From positions 744,001 to 808,000 of the forward strand of contig NW_026940638.1 of the NCBI RefSeq assembly GCF_032062105.1: 64,000 bases of DNA, written 5' to 3'. This DNA is from Saccostrea cucullata (Eukaryota). The position numbers and the translations under genes are program-made. Of this stretch, positions 12,890 through 24,485 are shown piece after piece. Each line of letters opens with the position of its first letter. Within the stretch, counting starts at the first letter, position 1. Below the pieces are notes generated by a model that was not told the origin of the DNA, did not search any database, and was given only the letters and a program-made list of their open reading frames with translations.

Positions 12890-13480
12890 AAGAAGGATAT
12901 GGAGATAATGAACAGTATTCAATCTCAAAGTTGAATAAAACAAAACAAAATAGGAGCAGAGCAATCACGGACCTCCGAAACATCGGAGGTGGGATCAGGT
13001 GCCATGGAGAAAGTGGGCATCTCCTGCTGACCGGTCACACCCGCCGTGTGCTCCTTGTCATGATCAGGAAATAACGGAAAAATTCGTCGTCAATTCAATG
13101 TTTAAATAATGGACTAACAATTAGAATGAAAAACGTCAGTCAGCATTTGACTTAATGATAAATTGTATATGCTGACAAGGTTATTGTATCGACCATAGAA
13201 CTTACGAAATGATGACTTTAAACGAGACTGTTGATATTCTTGTTTCATCAACTTGCTTGTCAATAATTTACCTCGTTTTAGAAATTGTTCATACGTAGAA
13301 CATGCTCTTGTGTATCGAATCAACTGAGATATATACACTCCATATGCAGGTGATGAAGGTATGTTGCTGCATAAGTAAGGGAAGTTGATTATAGAAAAGT
13401 TAATTCATCACGTTTATCATAAAACTTGGTCTTTAGATTACCATTAACTTATTTTTCAAGTAAAATATCCAAGTATGAAA
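12890..13480 (-). mobile_element. Naiad-type Penelope-like retroelement, 5'-truncated (RT C-terminus plus 3' UTR)
   Basis: AYGVYISQLIRYTRACS...LKSSFRKFYGRYN...DVFHSNC* with no GIY-YIG domain after the RT, consistent with the N-terminal-EN (Naiad) clade. Confidence 0.85.
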
Positions 13481-14139
13481 TATATTACTAGAGACTATAT
13501 GCCTTTTTAGAAACAATCATCGGTCAACATTACATTTTCCCGAGAGATGACTGTTTATACCAGATATAAAATATTACATTGAAGTTATTTCCAGAAGATA
13601 ATCGTGAAAATAGGAAACCTTCAACGACTAATATTACATAGTTTTCACGGGAGTTGATTGTCTTACAGAAAACTTCCGCCAGTCAATACAGAATTACTAG
13701 TATTAGAAATTTTCCCGGGAGTTTACTCTCTACATAAAAAAACCTTTATTGGAGATGAATGTTTAGAAAGAAAACCTCCATTGGTCAATACAGAACCATT
13801 TGACGTTTTTGAAAATTCCCCGGGAGCCAACTCTCTTTATAAAAAACAACAAATAATTCATGGTCTACAAAGAAAACCTCCTCCGGTCAATATCACATAA
13901 AAGCTATCCCTGGAAGACGATAGTCTAAAGAGAGAAATCTCTATCGGTTAATTTCATTAAGAAGTTATCTCCAGGATATGATGGTTTACATAGAAAACCT
14001 TCATCAGTCAGTATCACAAAAAAGCTATCACTGTAGAAGATGTCTTTTCAGAAAACATCCATCGGTCAGAATCATATACAAATTTTCCCGGGAGATGATT
14101 GTTTATATACAACAAAAATCAATGCAGATATTCTTGGAT

Positions 14140-14400
14140 TGATTGATTGATTGTATATTGTTTAACGTCCCTCTCGAGGATTTTTCACTAATATATGGAG
14201 ACGTCACTCGGCACTGAGGGCCATTGAGCAGGGAGTGGTCTTTTTCGTGCCAGCACCTACTGCGACACCGGACCTCGGTTTATACGGTATTACCCGAAGG
14301 ACCGGTCTCCACATCCCACATGGGATTCAAACCCGCGATGTAAGAATCAACTCCTTACTTCGCGACAAAAGAGCAGACGCTCTAACCACTGCGCCACGCT
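14140..14400 (-). mobile_element. tRNA-headed Deu/Nin-domain SINE
   Basis: A box TGGCGCAGTGG, B-like GGTTTGAATCC, Deu-like core GTCCTTCGG...AAACCGAGGTCC, (CAAT)n tail. Confidence 0.85.
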
Positions 14401-14814
14401 GAAGATAATTGTTTAAATACGGTAAATCTCCATCCTCAATATCACCTAAGTTTGGTTTAAAGAAAACTTCCAGAGGTCAATACAAAGTCATTTTGAAGTT
14501 TTACCCATGGGTTGATTCTCTGAATAGAAAACCTATATAGGAGATGATTGTCTATAAGGAAAACCTCCATCGGTCAATACAAAATCAGATGAAGGTTTTG
14601 AAGAATTTCCCGGGAGTCGATTCTCTTCATAGAAAACCTACATCGGTCAAGAGCACATACATGTACTTGTAAGTTATCCCTGGAAGATAATACTAGTAAT
14701 ATAAATTGAAAAGTTCCATCATCCAATCGGTAGACCACTCGCTATGTGATTGGAAGATCGTGTATTCAAATAATGGCTGCGACTAGTTTTAGGACGAAAA
14801 ATAGACAACAAGAA

Positions 14815-15350
14815 GGAGACCAATCACGGACCTCCGAAACATCGGAGGTGGGATCAGGTGCCATGGAGAAAGAAGCATCTCCTGCTGACCGGTCACACCC
14901 GCCGTGTGCTCCTTGTCATGATCAGGAAATAACGGAAAAATTCGTCGTCAATTCAATGTTTAAATAATGGACTAACAATTAGAAATGAAAAAGGACCAAT
15001 GAAAAACATCAGTCAGCATTTGACTCAATGATAAATTGTATTTGCTGACAAGGTCATTGTATCGACCATAGAACTTACGAAATGATGACTTTAAACGAGA
15101 CTGCTGATATTCTTGTTTCATCAACTTGCTTGTCAATAATTTACCTCGTTTTAGAAATTGTTCATACGTAGAACATGCTCTTGTGTATCGAATCAACTGA
15201 GATATATACACTCCATATGCAGGTGATGAAGGTATGTTGCTGCATAAGTAAGGGAAGTTGACGATAGAAAAGTTAAGTCATCACGTTTATCATATAACTT
15301 GGTTGTTAGATTACCATTAACATCTTTTTCAAGTAAAATATCCAAGTATG
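14815..15350 (-). mobile_element. Naiad/PLE 3' fragment (duplicate of 12960-13480)
   Basis: Near-identical to the 13 kb copy; ORF 14972-15211. Confidence 0.85.
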
Positions 15351-16009
15351 AAACATATTACTAGAGACTTTATGCCTTTTTAGAAACAATCATTGGTCAA
15401 CATTACATTTTCCCGAGAGATGACTGTTTATACAGATATAAAATATCACATTGAAGATATTTCCAGAAGATAATCGTGAAAATGGGAAATCTTCAACGAC
15501 ATAATATTACATACTTTTCACGGGAGTTGATTGTCTTACAGAAAACTTCCGCCGGTCAATACAGAATTACTAGTATTAGAAATTTTCCCGGGAGTTTACT
15601 CTCTGCATAAAAAAAACTTTATTGGAGATGAATTTTTATAAAGAAAACCTCCATTGGTCAATACAGAACCATTTGACGTTTTTGAAAATTCCCCGGGAGC
15701 CAACTCTCTTTATAAAAAACAACAAATAATTCATGGTCTACAAAGAAAACCTCCTCCGGTCAATATCACATAAAAGCTATCCCTGGAAGACGATAGTCTA
15801 AAGAGAGAAATCTCTATCGGTTAATTTCATTAAGAAGTTATCTCCAGGATATGATGGTTTACATAGAAAACCTTAATCAGTCAGTATCACAATAAAGCTA
15901 TCGCTGTAGAAGATGTCTTTTCAGAAAACATCCATCGGTCAGAATCATATAGAAGTTTTCCCGGGAGATGATTGTTTATATATAACAAAAATCAAAGCAG
16001 ATATTCTTG

Positions 16010-16263
16010 GATTGATTGATTGATTGTATATTGTTTAACGCCCCTCTCGAGGATTTTTCACTCATATATGGAGACGTCAATCGGCACTCAGGGCCATTGA
16101 GCAGGGAGTAGTCTTTTTCGTGCCAGCACCTACTTCGACACTGGACCTCAGTTTATACGGTTTTACCCGAAGGACCGGTCTCCACATCCCACATGGGATT
16201 CAAACCCGCGATGTAAGAATCAACTCCTTACTTCGCGAAAACGCTCTAACCACTGCGCCACGC
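16010..16263 (-). mobile_element. tRNA-headed Deu/Nin-domain SINE (duplicate of 14140-14400)
   Basis: Same sequence and the same flanks as the 14 kb copy. Confidence 0.85.
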
Positions 16264-16584
16264 TGAAGATAATTGTTTAAATACGGTAAATCTCCATCCT
16301 CAATATCACCTAAGTTTGGTTTAAAGAAAACTTCCAGAGGTCAATACAAAGTCATTTTGAAGTTTTACCCGGGAGTTGATTCTCTGAATAGAAAACCTTT
16401 AAAGGAGATTATCGTCTATAAGAAAAACCTCCATCGGTCAATACAAAATTAGATGAAGGTTTTGAAGAATTTCCCGGTAGTCGATTCTCTTCATAGAAAA
16501 CCTACATCGGTCAAGAGCACATACATGTACTTGTAAGTTATCCCTGGAAGATAATACTAGTAATATAAATTGAAAAGTTCCATC

Positions 16585-16982
16585 ATCCAATCGGTAGACC
16601 ACTCGCTATGTGATTGGAAGATCGTGTATTCAAATAATGGCTGCGACTAGTTTTAGGACGAAAAATAGACAACAAGAAGGATATGGAGATAACGAACAGT
16701 ATTCAATATCAAAGTCCATAAAACAATACAAAATAGGAAGAGCAAACACGGAGCTCCGAACATCAGAGGTGGGATCAGGTGCCATGGAGGAGTGAGCATC
16801 CCCTGCTAGCAAGTATTCTTTCGCGACATGCTAGGCACTTTGAATTGTGGGTCCTTTGGATGAGACCTTAAGAACCGAGGTCCCGTGTCAGGATGAGCGT
16901 TGACGCAATAAATAACCCCTCACTGCCCAATGACCCCGAGTGCCGTGTAAAAGTCTTCATTTGAAGGCCTTCACTGGTAGAC
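16585..16982 (+). mobile_element. Meta+Deu (MD-type) SINE interrupted by a short Naiad 3' end (~16677-16807)
   Basis: tRNA-like head, Meta-like segment, GTCCTTTGGATGAGACCTTAAGAACCGAGG core; Naiad tail inserted in minus orientation. Confidence 0.75.
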
Positions 16983-17620
16983 GGTCAATATCACATAGAA
17001 GTTATCCCTGGAAAATGATGGTTTAGAAAACTTTTATCGGATAATTTCATTAAGAAGTTATCTCCAGGAGATGATAGTCTACATAGAAAACCTTTATATA
17101 CTAGTATCAGTATCACACGGAAGCTATCACTGGAGACGATCGTTCAATATTACATAGAAGTTTTTTGCGGGAGATGATTGTTTATATACAAAATATCACA
17201 TTAAGAAGTTATTCTTGGAAAATATTTGTTTATATAGTAAATCTCTAATCTCAATATCACCTAAGTTTGGTTTAAAGAAAACTTCCGTAGGTCAATACAA
17301 AGTCATTCTGAAGTTTTCCCCGGGAGTTGATTCTCTGAATGGAAAACCTTTATTATAGGAGGTGATTGTCTTTAAAGAAAACTTCCATAGGTCAAAACAG
17401 AATCATTTGAAATGTCCCCCGGGAATTTACTCTCTGCCAAAAAAAACCCCCTTATCGGAGGTAAATGTTTATAAAGAAAACCTCCATTGGTCAATACAGA
17501 ACCATTTGACGTTTTTGAAGTTTCCCCGGGAGTCAATTCTCTTCATAGAAAATCCACATCGGTCAATAGCGCATACAAGTTATCCCTGGGAGATAATGAT
17601 CTACATTGAAAAGCTCCATC

Positions 17621-17952
17621 GGTCAATCGGTAGAACACTCGCCTTGTGATCGGAAGATCGTGTATTCGAATCATGGCTGCTACTAACTTTAGGATAAAAA
17701 ATAAGCAGCAAGTGCTCTTTCGCGAAGTGCTCGGCATTTTGAAGTGAAATGGGTCCTTCGGATGAGACCTTAAGAACCGAGGTTCCTTGTCGCGATAGTC
17801 GTTGACACGATAAACAGCACTCACTGCTCAGTGGCCCTGAATGTCATGTAAAAGTCTTAATTTGAAGCCCATCGGTAGATGGTGACATCTCTACCTGAGT
17901 GAAAAATTCTCAAACTGGACGAAAAACAACAAATAGTTAATCAAACAATCAA
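17621..17952 (+). mobile_element. MD-type SINE embedded in the macrosatellite
   Basis: TCGGTAGAACACTCGCC...TTCGAATC head; GTCCTTCGGATGAGACC core; CAATCAATC tail. Confidence 0.85.
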
Positions 17953-18223
17953 TCCGTCTTTCAAAATACACAGAAGTTATACCCGGGAGATGATGGTATT
18001 CAACGAAAACCTCCACCTGTCAATATATCATAAAAAGATATCCTTGGAAGACGATGGTGAAAAAAGAAAACCTCTATCGATTAATTTCATTACAAGTTAG
18101 ATCCAAAAGATGATGGTCTACATAAAAAAACCCTCATCGGTCTGTATCACAAAGAAGATATCACGGGAGACTATGTCTTAACAGAATTCATCAGTCAGTA
18201 TCACATGGAAGTTTTTTCAGGAG

Positions 18224-18552
18224 ATTGATTGATTGTTTGTTGTTTTACATCTCATTCGAAAATTTTTCACTCAGATAGAGATGTCACTGTATACCGGTGA
18301 AGGGCTTTAAATTTTGACTTTACTCTGCACTCAAGGCCATTGAGCAGTGAGGGATCTTTAACGTGCCAAAGCCTGCAGTGACATGGGTCATCGGTTTTTG
18401 AGGTCTAGTCTGAAGGACCCGCAATTTTCACTTCAAAGTTCCGAGCGCATCGCGAGGGAACAAACACAAATTTTATCGACTTAGGCCAGTCTCGGTAGAG
18501 ATTCGAACTCACAACCTCCCGATCACGAAGCAAGAGCTCTACCTACTGAGAT
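18224..18552 (-). mobile_element. MD-type SINE, independent minus-strand insertion
   Basis: B box GTTCGAATC, Deu-like core, (CAAT)n tail at the left end. Confidence 0.75.
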
Positions 18553-18840
18553 ACAAGATGATAGTTCATGTAGAAAATATTACATTGAAATTATTTCTGG
18601 ATGGCAATAACCTTCATCGGTCAATATCACATGGTGAATTTTCCCCAGGAGTTATAGTTGTCTATAAAGAAAACTTCTATCGGTCCATTCAAAATCATTT
18701 GAAATTTTGTTGATTTTTTGCAAAGAAAACCTTTATCGAAAATGATTGTCTAAAATTAAAACCTCCGATGGTCAAAGAGAATTATTTTAAGTTTTTGAAC
18801 TATTTCCCGGTAGTACATCATCTCCATAGAAAACCTTTAT

Positions 18841-19156
18841 CGGTCAATGACACAGTCTGTAGAGCACTCGCTCTGTGATCGGAAGATAGTGTGTTCGAAA
18901 CACTGCTTCGACTGCCTTTATCGATTAAAATTAGGCAGCAACTGTTCCTTCGCGAAGAATTCGACACTTTGAAGTGAAAGTTGTGGGTCCTTCGGATGAG
19001 ACCCTTAAAATCGAGGCTCAATGTCGTGGTTGGCGTTGAAACAATAAACAACCCTCACTGCGAAGTGGCACTGACTGCCGAGTTAAAGTATTCATTTGAA
19101 GCCTTTCACTGGTAGATGGTGACATCTCTATATGAGTAAACATTTCCAGCTGGACG
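18841..19156 (+). mobile_element. MD-type SINE embedded in the macrosatellite
   Basis: Same head and core as the 17621 copy. Confidence 0.8.
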
Positions 19157-19502
19157 TTATACTACACACAATATATTATATAAGAAGATTATTTTCGTAG
19201 TTTTCATTGGCTGAAAGAACGTCACATGAAATTCCTCCTTTTGTGATATCGATGCTAAAGCGCGTCCGCGGAAAATAATATCGCACGACACGCCGTTCGA
19301 TTGCACTAAAGTCACGTAGTACGTTACCTTATAATATAAGAAGCGTGAAGTGAACCATTGTGACGTAATGACAGTCAAGTCCGTTCAGTAAGGACTGTGT
19401 CAGTGCATTCAATTTGCGTGATTATATAATAAAGCTATTATGGACTTCAGTGAACGGTCAATATGTGGTTATAAGGTCTCCTGGCAATTGATATTGACCC
19501 CA
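19157..19502. mobile_element. Probable non-autonomous Crypton-like fragment
   Basis: CpG-rich insert that truncates the SINE tail. TTATA/ATTATATAAT motifs and GGTCAATAT...ATATTGACC inverted repeat resemble mollusc CryptonV non-autonomous elements (family call is inference). Confidence 0.4.
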
Positions 19503-20086
19503 GGCACAGAAATATCACATGGAAGTTATTCCTGAAAGATGATGGTCTACAAAGAAAACCTCCACTGGTCAATATCACATCAAAGTTTTACAAGGGAGAT
19601 GATGAAAACCTCCATCGGTCAATATCACATAGAAGTTAACCCTGGAAGATGATGGTCTACAAAAAAAAACTCCACCGGTCAATATCACATAGAAGTTTTA
19701 CCATGAAGATGATGAAAACCTTCACCGGTCAATATCACATAGAAGTTATCCCTGGAAGATGATGGTCTACAAAGAAAACCTCCACCGGTCAATATCACAT
19801 AGAAATTTTACCAGGGAGATGATGGTCTACAAATAAAACCTCCACCGATCAATATCACATAGAAGTTTTACCACAGAGATGATGAAAACCTCCATCGGTC
19901 AATATCACATAGAAGTTATCCCTGGAAGATGACGGTCTACAAAGAAAACCTCCACCGGTCAATATCACATAGAAGTTTTACCAGGGATCGAGATGATGGT
20001 CTACAAAGAAAATCTACATCGGTCAATATAACATGAATACATTCATCTGTCAATATTATATAGAATTATCCCGGGATAATTGTCTA

Positions 20087-20437
20087 TGTCACAGGTAGTG
20101 AAAAATCAAGTTCTCAGCCGGGACTCGAACCCAGGGCCCCTGGCGTACCGTGTCAGCGCTCTAAACACTGAGCTTTTGAGACCTGATATATTGACTGACC
20201 TTCACGCACCTGTGAATCCGGTGACATATTCCAACCCCTTTGTAGAAATTTGTAGAGTTAAGGAAATGCGTGAAGCATATTCCAAGGGAACAGTGGGTTT
20301 TGTACATACGGCGCCAAATGTCAAAGGTGGTGAAAAACCAAGTCTCAACCGAGACTCGAACCCAGGACCTCTGGCGTATCGTGCCAGCGCTCTAACCACT
20401 GAACTATTGAGACCCGATATAATTGCTGACGTTCACC
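20087..20437 (-). mobile_element. TRIM (miniature LTR retrotransposon) with tRNA-like cassettes in both LTRs (Helenus-type architecture)
   Basis: Complete 140-bp LTR TGTCAC...GTGACA (20087-20226). Minus-strand PPT AAAGGGGTTGGAATA (20227-20241). 92 bp between the LTRs. PBS TGGCGCCGTATG (20305-20316) 2 nt from the truncated second LTR (20319-~20437). Confidence 0.85.
20341..20414 (-). ncRNA. tRNA-like Pol III cassette inside the TRIM 5' LTR (not a decoding tRNA)
   Basis: GGTCTCAATAGTTCAGTGGTTAGAGCGCTGGCACGATACGCCAGAGGTCCTGGGTTCGAGTCTCGGTTGAGACT folds as a cloverleaf with A and B boxes and is followed by TTTTT. A second copy lies at 20109-20183. Confidence 0.75.
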
Positions 20438-20670
20438 TTTTTCGGTCAATACGGAATCATTTGAAGTTTTCCCTGGGAGTTAATTCTCCGCAAAGAAAAC
20501 CTTTATCGGAGATGAAGGTTTGTAAAGAAAACCTCCATTGGTCAGTTTAGAATCATTTACCATTTTTGAAGTATTCCCAGGAGTTGATTCTCTTCATTTA
20601 AAAATCTACATCGGTCAAAAACACATATAAATTCTCCCTGGGAGATAATGATCGATATTGAAAAGCTCCA

Positions 20671-21000
20671 TCGGTCAATCGGTACAACACTCGCCATAGG
20701 ATCGTGTGCTCGATTAACTACCGCGATTGACCTTAGTCGATGAATTAGACAGAAACTTTTCCTTCGCGAAATGCTCGTCACTGTGAAGTGAAAGTTGTGA
20801 GTCTTTCGGATGAGACCTTAAAAACCGAGGCCCAATGTCGCGGTAGGCATTGGCACGAGAAAAAAAATACCTCACCTCAATGGCCCTGAATGCCGTGTAA
20901 AAGTCTTAATTTTAAGGCCTTCAACGGTAGATGGTGACAACTCTAGTGAAAAAAAATCTCAAACTGGAAGTAAAACTACACACAGTGAATCAATCAGTCA
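20671..21000 (+). mobile_element. MD-type SINE embedded in the macrosatellite
   Basis: GTCTTTCGGATGAGACCTTAAAAACCGAGG core; same insertion phase as the other copies. Confidence 0.8.
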
Positions 21001-21160
21001 TTCATTCATTCAATATTAGATAGAAATTTTACTCGGAAGATATTGGTCTACAAAGAAAACGTCCACCTGTCAATATAACATAAAAGTTATCCCTGGGAGA
21101 CAATTGTCTGTATAAAAAAGTTATTCCTAAGAGATAATGATCTACATTGACAACCTCCAT

Positions 21161-22212
21161 CCGTCAATCGGTAAAACACTCGCTCTGTGATAGGAAGTTT
21201 GAATCAATGCCGCGACTGGCCTTACTCGGTAAAAAAAAATACACAGCAAGAGTTCCTTCGTGAAGTCCTCGGCAGTTCAAAGGGAAAGTTGTGGGTCTTT
21301 CGGAGGAGACCTTAAGGTTTCGTCAAAGGTCAACATGTCTAAAAAATTATTTTTACAATAGCTCCAAAACTATGTGTGGTATAAAGTCAAGAAGTTTACA
21401 GTTTATAAATATATCATTGATTAATAGATAGAAAGTATCACTTGATAACAAATATTTTAAAACAGATATTATTTGAGAAAATTGTATTAGAAAATGTGCA
21501 TATTTAAAGAAAAATGCACCTGCTTAATTCTGTCCTTTTTGTGAAAACCAACATTGTAGAAATAATATATGTTTATCATTGAAGGGCAAGTTGGGCGTGA
21601 ATGGTCTCTGAAAGGCTGTTATTGAAAGCATGACATGTATAAAGACAAGACCCCTATAGAATCGGCCATTTGCAATGTACTTTCACTTTCAAGTCTTGAC
21701 ATTTGGACAAAATAAACAGGGAAAACAACTTTCCAGAGGCTATCCAAGTCCAATTGCCCTTCATTGATAAACATATTTTGTTTCTGCAATGATGGTTTTC
21801 ACTAAGAGCATGGAATAAACTAGGTGTATTTTTTGAAAATATATGCATTTTTAAGAAGAATTTTTCTCAATTAATATTATTCCAAGTATTTTTTTAATAA
21901 AATGATACTTTCTATCTGTTAATCAATGAAAAATTTATAAACTGTAAAAGTTTCAGCTTTATACCTCACATAGTTTTGGGGCTATTGTAAAAATAAATTT
22001 TTGGACATGTTGACCTTTGACGAAACCTTAAAAGCCGAGGCCGTGTGTCACAATAGGCGTTGCATGATAAACAACCCTCACTGCTCAATTGCCGTTAGTG
22101 CCACATAAAAGTCTAAATTTGAAGCCCTTCAGCGGTAGATGGTGACATCTCTATCTTAGTGAAAAATACTCGAACTGGACGTAAAACAGCAAATAATAAT
22201 CAAACAATCAAT
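21161..22212 (+). mobile_element. MD-type SINE interrupted by a foldback DNA element
   Basis: Core split as GAGACCTTAA|...|TTAAAAGCCGAGG. Confidence 0.8.
21316..22027. mobile_element. Long-TIR foldback non-autonomous DNA transposon, TTAA TSD (Kolobok-like)
   Basis: GGTTTCGTCAAAGGTCAACATGTC...GACATGTTGACCTTTGACGAAACC termini, imperfect inverted arms of roughly 300 bp, TTAA on both sides. Confidence 0.8.
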
Positions 22213-22586
22213 CCATCTTTCAATTTAACATAGAAGTTTTACCCGGGAGATAATGGTCGACAAATAAAACCTCCACCGGTCAATATAACTAAGAACTTAT
22301 CCCTGGAAGACGATGTACATAGAAAACCCTCATCGGCCAGTTTCACAAAGAAGCTATCACGAAAGACGAAGGGGCTCTTCACAGAAAACATTCATCGGTC
22401 AAAATTACATAGAAGTCTTCCCGGGAGATGATTGTTTATATACAAATTATCAAAAGTTATTCTTGGAAGATACTTGTCTATATAGTGAATCTCCAACCTC
22501 AATATCACCTAGAAGTTTGCTTTAAAGAAACTTCCGTAGGTCAATACGGAATCATCTGAAATGTTCCCCGGGAGTTTACTCTCTGC

Positions 22587-22623
<37 letters not shown>

Positions 22624-24376
22624 GCTTTGACCATTCTGTTCTTTACCAGATTTCCCCCTTTAAATACATACTGCGACCTCACCCTACCCCACTGATCATA
22701 ATTTAGACATTTTGAAATCTACACTACCCCAGGATGCTTCCACAAAAGTTTCAGCTTTCTTGGCCCAGTAGTTCTTGAGAAGATTATAAAAGATTTGTTC
22801 TGTATATTTCTATGTAAAACTTGGATTTCCTATTGTGGCCCGCCCTACCCCCGGGGGTCATGATTTGAACAATTTAGAATCTACACTACCCCAGGATGCT
22901 TCCACATAAGTTTCAGCTTTTCTGGCCCAGTGGTTCTTGAGAAGAAGATTTTTCAAAGATTTCTATGTAAAACTTGGATTCCCCATTGTGGCCCCGCCCT
23001 ACCCCCGGGGGTCATGATTTGAACAATTTAGAATCTACACTACCCCAGGATGCTTCCACATAAGTTTCAGCTTTTCTGGCCCAGTGGTTCTTGAGAAGAA
23101 GATTTTCAAAGATTTTTCCTATATATTTCTATGTAAAACTTGGATTCCCCATTGTGGCCCCGCCCTACCCCCGGGGGTCATGATTTGAACAATTTAGAAT
23201 CTACACTACCCCAGGATGCTTCCACATAAGTTTCAGCTTTTCTGGCCCAGTGGTTCTTGAGGAGAAGATTTTTTAATGACCTCACCCTATTTTTGTCTTT
23301 TCTTGATTGTCACAATCAAAGTTGATTTTGTTACATGTTTATTTGTTTTTCTTTTATTAGTATTGCCCTGTGTTGAGCCTTATTTGTATTTAGTGTTTAT
23401 CCTGCAAGGAGCCCCATTGTGACGCTCAGGTGATTTAAATATTTGGCCAGTCGCTATATAAGGTGATGTCAGGTTTATCTTGGGTAGCGCACGTTTTCCT
23501 TGACCAGTGAAAGTAGTTTCACATGTCCATGGAGGGTTAGGTAGTTTTTCGTGGTAACTGAATCTCCAATCAGGGTAAGTGTAATTTACTTACATTTATT
23601 ATATTAAAAAGTAATGCAGTATTATGTTAATTGAGCTTATTCTATTTTTATCCACGAGAAAGTGTTTGAATTGTATACGGGAATTTTACCACGTGCACAT
23701 GCCGTGAGTTTAAGCGTAAAGTAATGATATTAGTTTATTACTCAGAGTGTAACGTTACAATGTATTATTATTTTGCTTTGCGAAGCGGTGTGATACATGT
23801 TAGTTAAAACTGTATGTTGAAACAAGTATATGTGTAAACATTTATGTTATGTTGTAAGGCAGCCCGTTCGGGGTCAAGCTTATTATGTCTACGCATATTT
23901 GTTGAAGGTCCCTATTGATACATGTTAGTATGATTTGGTGCTGTCGGCGGAGGCAACCTAAGGGCGTGGTACGCTGGGCCGAGACCGTGAGAAAGGAAAC
24001 GTGGTTTCCCGGATTTGGCAGCATTGCAGACGCTTAAGACGCGTGGGATAGGCGCGGGACGTCGAGGACGTGGTGGCATTTGGTGTAAGGGCGTGGTACC
24101 CGTAGGTCATGGACCGTTAAACACAGGAGGCGGGGACGGATATAGGAACGTGGTCTCAGGATGGACACTGATAGACATTTTGAAATTCATTAATTTCATT
24201 TTGTATATTTGTACATATTTGTTTTTATATAAAATTGTAAATAGAAAATAGTTTTATCACTGATCAAGTTTAGGGTGTCATGACATTGATTATCTCCCCT
24301 TGTCAGGGGACTTGGCCCTTCATTTTCACAAATTAAATTCCCCTTTACCAAGGATGCTTTGTACTAAGTTTGGTCA

Positions 24377-24413
<37 letters not shown>

Positions 24414-24417
24414 GTGA

Positions 24418-24450
<33 letters not shown>

Positions 24451-24485
24451 GGACTGACAGACGGATGGCCCTGAGTGACAAAATG

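Noticed and set aside
19511-20030. CRISPR-like or coding 60-bp repeat array
   Set aside because: Whole units are repeated with no unique spacers, there are no cas genes, the context is eukaryotic, and 50-bp variants break any reading frame
20109-20414. Genuine tRNA-Ile(GAT) or tRNA-Thr(GGT) genes
   Set aside because: No U33, 8-bp acceptor stem, different anticodons in the two copies, and both lie inside LTRs
20080-20550. 156-aa ORF
   Set aside because: Antisense read-through of the tRNA-like LTRs (RDSNPGPLAYR is a translated B box) and satellite
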